Assembly (NCBI GenBank): GCA_009927165.1
Contig: RFNO01000053.1
Location: 16,143 to 80,142, forward strand
Reading direction: 5' to 3'
Source of the DNA: Pseudomonadota bacterium
GTDB taxonomy: Bacteria > Bdellovibrionota > FAC87 > UBA2466
Length of the DNA: 64,000 nucleotides
The notes below the pieces were generated by a model. That model did not search any database. It was not told the DNA's origin and worked only from the letters and a program-made list of their open reading frames with translations. The first letter of the stretch is position 1. Each line of letters begins with the position of its first letter. The position numbers were made by a program, and so were the translations under genes. Below are positions 59,069-64,000 of this stretch, one piece after another.

Positions 59069-60307
59069 TTAAATTAGGAGGCGCGTTTTCTTGGCTTCAT
59101 CCTTGATGGTAGCCAAATTATCCGACACCGATTTTCCTTGTTGTAAGTCTTGGGATAATTGCCCAAGAGCTTTAGTTACTTTGGCTTGACCCAGATTTGC
59201 TGCAATCTTAGTTGTGTTTTCAATCAGTCGGGTCGCTTTAGCTTTATCCCCGCTGTCGATACTTGCTTGAATTTGTTCTCCGTTAATGTGAACTTGCAGC
59301 ATTTGTATTGCTCTGAAAACATCCGGATCAATTTGTCCTAAATCTGTCTCGCGATCGGTAGTTTTTACTTTGATAATGGTTTCATCTGATGATTTACCGT
59401 CGTAAACCGCTTTGAGGTTGAATAGGGCTAGTTCACTTCCAACTTGACCGTTTCCTTGATGGCTAGTTTGAACTATAAAAGTGGTCATATCCTTGGTCAT
59501 GGAACCGGTTGAAAGTTCCAAAGATTTTTTATTTCCTGAAATATCATAAATCACAATCTCAGGTGCGACTTTAGCAATTCTCATCACTTTGCAATCGATG
59601 TTGCTAAAGTTGAGGATCAGATTGCCAACCACTGAGGATTGTAGTTTTTGGACTTCTTCTTGCAGTCCTTGTTTGAACTTAGAAAGGTCATTGGCGTGGT
59701 AGTAAGAACCTCTTCCTAGCTCCGATAATTTACTGATAAAGCTAGAATCATAGTCGTCGGCTGATCCGATACCTACTCCAGTTAGAGTAATGTGTTCATG
59801 TTTTCGGACAATTTCTTCAAATCGTTGAGATTCCTCGATACGATATCCCTGATTATCTGTTGGAAAACCATCTGTGAGAAGAATGATATGATTGACTCGT
59901 TTTACTTTGTCGGCGCTGGAGCGGGCATCGAAAGAACCATAAGCTTGTTTTAGTCCAGCCTCTAAATTTGTGACTCCTGAAGGAGAAGCTAAATTAAGTA
60001 TTGCATCTCGCATGACTTGTCGGTTCTGCGAAAGAGACGCTAACGGAAACAATTCCTTGGAACCTGAATCAAAGAGAACAACGCCTACACGATCATCATC
60101 TTTAAGCGAATCGATAATTTCTGCTACAGCTTGTTTTACAGTCGACCATTTGTCGCCCCCCATGGAGCTAGAACCATCTATTAAAAAAACGACATTGGAA
60201 GGTATTCGACCGAGCCCAGAGTCTGGAGTAAGTTCGATTAGAGTAGTTGTACTGTAATCTCCGCTGATAGGTCTTAGATCCGAACCATTCTTAACTGTAA
60301 TTTTCAC
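59069..60307 (-). CDS. Cytoplasmic von Willebrand factor A (VWA) domain protein
   Basis: MIDAS motif VVFLIDGSSSMGG...T...D. No signal peptide. Immediately upstream of the kinase gene on the same strand. Confidence 0.7.
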   Translation of the reverse strand: MKITVKNGSDLRPISGDYSTTTLIELTPDSGLGRIPSNVVFLIDGSSSMGGDKWSTVKQAVAEIIDSLKDDDRVGVVLFDSGSKELFPLASLSQNRQVMRDAILNLASPSGVTNLEAGLKQAYGSFDARSSADKVKRVNHIILLTDGFPTDNQGYRIEESQRFEEIVRKHEHITLTGVGIGSADDYDSSFISKLSELGRGSYYHANDLSKFKQGLQEEVQKLQSSVVGNLILNFSNIDCKVMRIAKVAPEIVIYDISGNKKSLELSTGSMTKDMTTFIVQTSHQGNGQVGSELALFNLKAVYDGKSSDETIIKVKTTDRETDLGQIDPDVFRAIQMLQVHINGEQIQASIDSGDKAKATRLIENTTKIAANLGQAKVTKALGQLSQDLQQGKSVSDNLATIKDEAKKTRLLI

Positions 60308-60496
60308 GCGTCTCTCCTTGTACCACTCGTTGCTGAGCCCGCCGGGAACTCAGCTCCACCCAAGTTGAGATTGCAAAGCGTATGCCCCAAGTCTACCGGA
60401 ATTATCAGTGCGTAATGATTGTAAGATGGCCCGACTTAGTGAAGCAGGAGTGACGTTTTAGGGCGCCATCGGGGCCGAAGCGGTCACTGATTAAGG

Positions 60497-62167
60497 TTAA
60501 GGAGTGGTCTTTATCAATTGCTCGACTGAGCTTGGGCTTCTATCCGTATGAAGTCGACGGTACCAATAGTAGTTTCGTAAAACAGAAGCAACATACTCTC
60601 TGGTCTCCCGGTAGGGAATAAGATCCATGAAAAGAATGGGATCAGACATGGGATAACGTGAGGACCATATTTCTACTCGATTAGGGCCCGCATTATAAGA
60701 AGCTAGTGCCAAGTGAATCTGACCATTCGTGCGTTGGATAAGTTCAGAAAAGTATCTAGAACCCAGTGAGATATTATCTTCCGGATTAAAGATATTTTTC
60801 AAACTGGTCAGTTTGCGTTGAGTGTGAGGAGCAATTTGCATCAGACCTTTTGCTTTTGCTCTCGAAACTGCCTTCGGATTAAAAGCACTCTCTCGTCTGG
60901 CTAGAGCCATAAGTAGGTAGGGATCCAGTCCTTGAGAATATTTTTCAAAAATCGGGAAATAAATTTTGGGGAAATATCGCTCCATGACAGATTTACTTGT
61001 GAAAGCCGGATTCGCATAAAGCATGTTTGAGAGAATGGTGAGTCTTCCTAGTTGATTACCGTGAGACTCTCTCAAATCGGACAAGTAAAGCATAAATTCC
61101 GGTTCCGCATTCTGAGAATCACTTATAATCCATGTCAAAACTTTATCGGCAGCTTGTAGTAAACCAAACTGAGTTAGAAGTTCGACTTGCTCGGTTAAAT
61201 TATTAAGTTGGGGAGCTTGTTGGGACCGAGTGAGTAGCGATGGTTCATTTCGTTCAAGAACCTCTCCCGGGTCCTCATCACGGGAAGTGAGGGCCATCAA
61301 AGTGTGAAAAGCAAAAGGATAAGAATGTTTTAGTTCTTGAATATCTTTTTTTGCAGCTGAACGATTTCCCTTTTCTTCATGAACTCTACTTAGCCAATAA
61401 AGTGCTCTTGAGCGAAATGCTTTTTTGAGTTGATTTGAATTTTGAAAACAGACTTCTGCTTTGTCCCACTGTTTTGCTGCAAAAAACATGAGGCCTGCTC
61501 GAGTGGAAAGAGTTTCGGCATCGTTCGGGTCTTCTGTTGGACAAGTTCCCCCTTTTTGATAAAGCTCGGCAAGCTTCTCCAGAGAAATGTTATTGGGAAG
61601 TTCGTCTTCTAAAAAAGCAGCTAGGGCAGTTGCGATATTATTGGGACAATGATCCTCTTGAAGCGCTTTCATTCTCAAAAGTTCTATTTCACTGGGTTTT
61701 ACTCGAGTGAGGCCCCTGAGAGACGCCATAACTGGCGAGAATCTTAAGTCGAGCCAATTGGAGACTTTTCCATTTTTGAATTTGGCTACTAAGGTTCTTT
61801 TTGAGGTTTTCTTCTGAGGAACAATCGCCTTTTTGGCTCGGCTTTCAAGTTCCTCTCGATTCAAAACGGAAAAACAAAATGGGGAAGAGGTGGGGTGAGA
61901 GCGACATTTAGAGTTCAGTACTGAGGAGCTTTGTGGGGAGAGCCGGCCCTGAAGCCATTGATCAAATTCTTGGGCTGCCAAGTATTGAGGATCCGATAAG
62001 ACTTCAGCTGGAAGTGAGTTGGTTGGGGCTTTTACAGTAGACGCCGGATTACGAAGCCTTGAGCGGTTTCCAACGCACGAAAGAAGGGTAAAGCAGGCAC
62101 TTATTAGTCCAATGGTTAACAAGCCATATTTTATGAAGCCCGCCCCGCGCATTAATTTTTCCCCCAA
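60497..62167 (-). CDS. Lytic murein transglycosylase (SLT domain) lipoprotein with superhelical N-domain
   Basis: Lipobox LLSCVG. C-terminal SLT motifs ESAFNPKAVSRAKAKGLMQI and SYNAGP. Confidence 0.8.
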   Translation of the reverse strand: MGEKLMRGAGFIKYGLLTIGLISACFTLLSCVGNRSRLRNPASTVKAPTNSLPAEVLSDPQYLAAQEFDQWLQGRLSPQSSSVLNSKCRSHPTSSPFCFSVLNREELESRAKKAIVPQKKTSKRTLVAKFKNGKVSNWLDLRFSPVMASLRGLTRVKPSEIELLRMKALQEDHCPNNIATALAAFLEDELPNNISLEKLAELYQKGGTCPTEDPNDAETLSTRAGLMFFAAKQWDKAEVCFQNSNQLKKAFRSRALYWLSRVHEEKGNRSAAKKDIQELKHSYPFAFHTLMALTSRDEDPGEVLERNEPSLLTRSQQAPQLNNLTEQVELLTQFGLLQAADKVLTWIISDSQNAEPEFMLYLSDLRESHGNQLGRLTILSNMLYANPAFTSKSVMERYFPKIYFPIFEKYSQGLDPYLLMALARRESAFNPKAVSRAKAKGLMQIAPHTQRKLTSLKNIFNPEDNISLGSRYFSELIQRTNGQIHLALASYNAGPNRVEIWSSRYPMSDPILFMDLIPYRETREYVASVLRNYYWYRRLHTDRSPSSVEQLIKTTP

Positions 62168-62281
62168 ACGAGTCTCATTATATCGGTATTTTAATGAAAA
62201 AAGGGACGGAAAAGGGCACTAGAAAGGCCCTAATTGGGCTGAAAAGGCCAAGAACGTTTTGAACTCAAGGCTGGCACAGGG

Positions 62282-62297
62282 TGGCCCTTTTCTTGCT
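62282..62297 (+). promoter_or_regulatory. Sigma-54 promoter candidate TGGCCC-TTTTC-TTGCT (preceded by an extra TGGCAC) about 100 nt upstream of the repeat lipoprotein gene
   Basis: 9/10 core match with correct GG-N10-GC spacing in an intergenic region. Confidence 0.35.
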
Positions 62298-62383
62298 GTA
62301 TACTCCCGATGCTGACCCAAAAGGGTTGGCCGGTAGAGCAACTAACCATCATCCCCTAGGGGGAAGATGATAAAGAGGGGATT

Positions 62384-62725
62384 ATGAAAAAGTTTTCAAT
62401 TTATTTGGCCGGATTGTTACTGATAGCGGCTTGTGGCAGTGATAACAATTCGCAGCCTAACCAGAATCAGCCTTATCAAAACCAGCCGTACCAGAACCAG
62501 CCTTATGGGCAAAATCCCTACGGTGGCAACGGGCAAAACCCGTATGGTGGTTATGGACAAAACCCGTATGGTGGTTATGGACAGAATCCTTATGGTGGTT
62601 ATGGACAGAATCCTTATGGTGGTTATGGACAGAATCCTTATGGTGGTTATGGTTACAATCGCCCGGGTTACGGACAGAATCCTTACGGTGGTTATGGTGG
62701 ATATAACCGACCTTACGGTTATTAA
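62384..62725 (+). CDS. Tyr/Gly/Pro/Gln-rich tandem-repeat lipoprotein ((G)QNPYGGY x ~8)
   Basis: Lipobox LIAACGS, then QNQPY x3 and GQNPYGGY repeats encoded by near-perfect 24-nt tandem DNA repeats. Confidence 0.6.
   Translation: MKKFSIYLAGLLLIAACGSDNNSQPNQNQPYQNQPYQNQPYGQNPYGGNGQNPYGGYGQNPYGGYGQNPYGGYGQNPYGGYGQNPYGGYGYNRPGYGQNPYGGYGGYNRPYGY
62507..62700 (+). repeat. Tandem 24-nt coding repeat array (ggacagaatccttatggtggttat and variants, about 7 copies), preceded by 15-nt QNQPY repeats
   Basis: Directly visible near-identical tandem units within the lipoprotein CDS. Confidence 0.8.
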
Positions 62726-62762
62726 GAGCAGTGAGTTCGCAGTTTATAGGGGGCGGTGGGGA

Positions 62763-63374
62763 TCACCCACCGTCCCTTAGCATTTTTTCAGTTTGTACTT
62801 TCTTAGCGTTCAATTCTTCCAAGGTTTTTTTGTGCACTTTTTGTTTCTCCACCCACTGAATCTTTTGGGTGCTTAGAGATTCTTTTCGAGATTTCAGTTG
62901 CTCAAAATTTTTATTGAGCCCCTGCAGTAGACCTTTCACTTTGGCAACTTTTGCTTGTGTTTCTTGAGACCACTTTTGTCGGTCTTGTTGTTCAGTCTGT
63001 GCTCTTTCTTTTTCTGCAGAGGAAACTTCTTTTTTATTTAAATACGACGCCAATGTCTGAAGCGCCTTATTGTTTTTTTCAATTTCCTCGCCTGCTTTTT
63101 TGATGAAGTCATCATACTGGGTTTTTAATTTCAAGTGCTCCTGTTCTAGGGACTCTACCTGTTTGAATTCGTCATCAAGTGTGGCTGCATTTTTTGAAGA
63201 ATTTTCAATATTGGTTTGTGTGTCTTCGATATTTTTCGAAAGAATTTGCAGGTTGTCCTGCAATCTCCTTTTTCCTGCTGCACCTAATTTGGAATCAGTC
63301 GATTCCTCGGCGAGTAGCAAAGTTTGGAAAATTAAATTCAATACCAAAGCAAATAGTATGGGCGTCTTGTTCAT
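62763..63374 (-). CDS. Secreted coiled-coil protein (Skp/OmpH-like periplasmic protein?)
   Basis: Signal peptide MNKTPILFALVLNLIFQTLLLA followed by an all-helical K/E/Q-rich coiled coil. Confidence 0.4.
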   Translation of the reverse strand: MNKTPILFALVLNLIFQTLLLAEESTDSKLGAAGKRRLQDNLQILSKNIEDTQTNIENSSKNAATLDDEFKQVESLEQEHLKLKTQYDDFIKKAGEEIEKNNKALQTLASYLNKKEVSSAEKERAQTEQQDRQKWSQETQAKVAKVKGLLQGLNKNFEQLKSRKESLSTQKIQWVEKQKVHKKTLEELNAKKVQTEKMLRDGG

Positions 63375-63434
63375 TCTTAAATTATAGCTCAGAAAAGAAC
63401 AAAAACGATGGCCAACCGCATGAAATCACGAGAT

Positions 63435-63995
63435 TTATTGAGTTATGCCTAGAAGAATCTCTCCAGAAAGCCAATCTTGAGGGCCAATCCACTTGCGAAT
63501 CAGGGCCCCCTTTGAGGAAATCAAAAAGGTTTCTGGCAGCTTACGGGTTCCCAGCTTTTTGCTGAGTACCCCATTTGAATCGTGGAGCACCATCAGTTGA
63601 ACAGCGGGTTTAAAAGTCTTTAATGTTTTCAAAATGGCTTCGGGCCTATCGTCTACTGAGACCGTTACTAGACGAGGAAATTCGGCTGATTTATTGGCCT
63701 TAAGTTGTTTACCCAGGCCATTCAAAGTGGGAAGTTCCTCGATACAGGGATCGCACCAAGTAGCCCATAAATTAATTAATAGAGTTTCTGGTGAGTTAGC
63801 ATCCAATCCCAACAATTCTTGAAAGGTAATGTTTTGACCCTCTTTCATTTTGAGTGATTTATCTGGAACGATGACTTTTAGCGGAATATCTAGAGGGATT
63901 GAAGAGATGGAGCTACGATCTGCCTCAAAATTAAACGAAACATTTCTTTGTTGGGTAAGAGGCTCTAGAAAGTAAAGCAAAGCCAACCCAATCAA
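63435..63995 (-). CDS. TlpA/ResA-like thiol:disulfide oxidoreductase (thioredoxin fold, membrane-anchored)
   Basis: N-terminal TM and WCDPC active site (ATWCDPCIEELP). Confidence 0.7.
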   Translation of the reverse strand: MIGLALLYFLEPLTQQRNVSFNFEADRSSISSIPLDIPLKVIVPDKSLKMKEGQNITFQELLGLDANSPETLLINLWATWCDPCIEELPTLNGLGKQLKANKSAEFPRLVTVSVDDRPEAILKTLKTFKPAVQLMVLHDSNGVLSKKLGTRKLPETFLISSKGALIRKWIGPQDWLSGEILLGITQ

Positions 63996-64000
63996 AACCA

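Noticed and set aside
62507-62700. Possible CRISPR array (regular short repeats)
   Set aside because: The repeats are contiguous 24-mers with no spacers and are in-frame coding sequence for an octapeptide repeat. They are not a CRISPR array.
62433-62780. 115-aa Met/Val/Asp-rich ORF (MVVMDRILMVVMD...) overlapping the repeat lipoprotein gene in another frame
   Set aside because: It is an artefact of translating the 24-nt tandem repeats out of frame. The frame with a lipoprotein signal peptide and RBS is the genuine one.

Overview
This 64 kb window reads as a largely core chromosomal segment from a Gram-negative, probably predatory Bdellovibrio-like bacterium at about 45% GC. That taxonomic placement is an inference from gene content (MlaFED, RodZ, a PilF-like lipoprotein, many secreted low-complexity proteins); no search was run. 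Gene content in order along the window: (1) a 5'-truncated P5C dehydrogenase, an M3-like metallopeptidase lipoprotein, gmhA, rpoH, dedA and pdxST. (2) A tightly overlapping array pyrB-pyrC-carA-[unknown ORF]-carB-greA-recG-[secreted GATase1/BPL_N-like]. (3) A c-di-GMP/sigma-54 regulatory patch: a GAF/HD-GYP phosphodiesterase, a FleQ-like enhancer-binding protein (EBP) with a degenerate receiver, mlaFED, and a TPR protein translationally coupled to an activator-only sigma-54 EBP. (4) An ~11 kb flagellar operon preceded by a clear sigma-54 promoter: flgB-flgC-fliE-fliF-fliG-fliH-fliI-fliJ-[MgtE_N/FlbB-like]-fliK-flgD-[small ORF]-flgE, ending in a strong terminator. This is the Firmicute/spirochaete-type gene order, and fliI carries a 1-nt frameshift. 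(5) hpt, a VKOR-thioredoxin fusion, a LOG-family protein, ftsQ-ftsA-ftsZ, flbD-motA-motB, a PduO-type adenosyltransferase, ArsR plus a cytochrome c-FTR1 iron permease fusion, an alpha/beta hydrolase, RodZ, a PilF-like TPR lipoprotein, a Ser/Thr kinase with FHA domain plus a VWA protein, a lytic transglycosylase, a Tyr/Gly/Pro tandem-repeat lipoprotein, and a TlpA-like oxidoreductase. No tRNA, rRNA, CRISPR array or mobile element was seen. The most system-like novelty is an apparent hierarchical sigma-54 flagellar cascade: FleQ-like EBP, then a sigma-54-driven TPR/activator-only EBP operon, then a sigma-54 flgB promoter. Here a large TPR protein seems to replace the usual sensor kinase. All calls come from reading the six-frame translations and recognising motifs; no database search was possible. 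Hand-counted coordinates of short motifs may be off by 1-2 nt.
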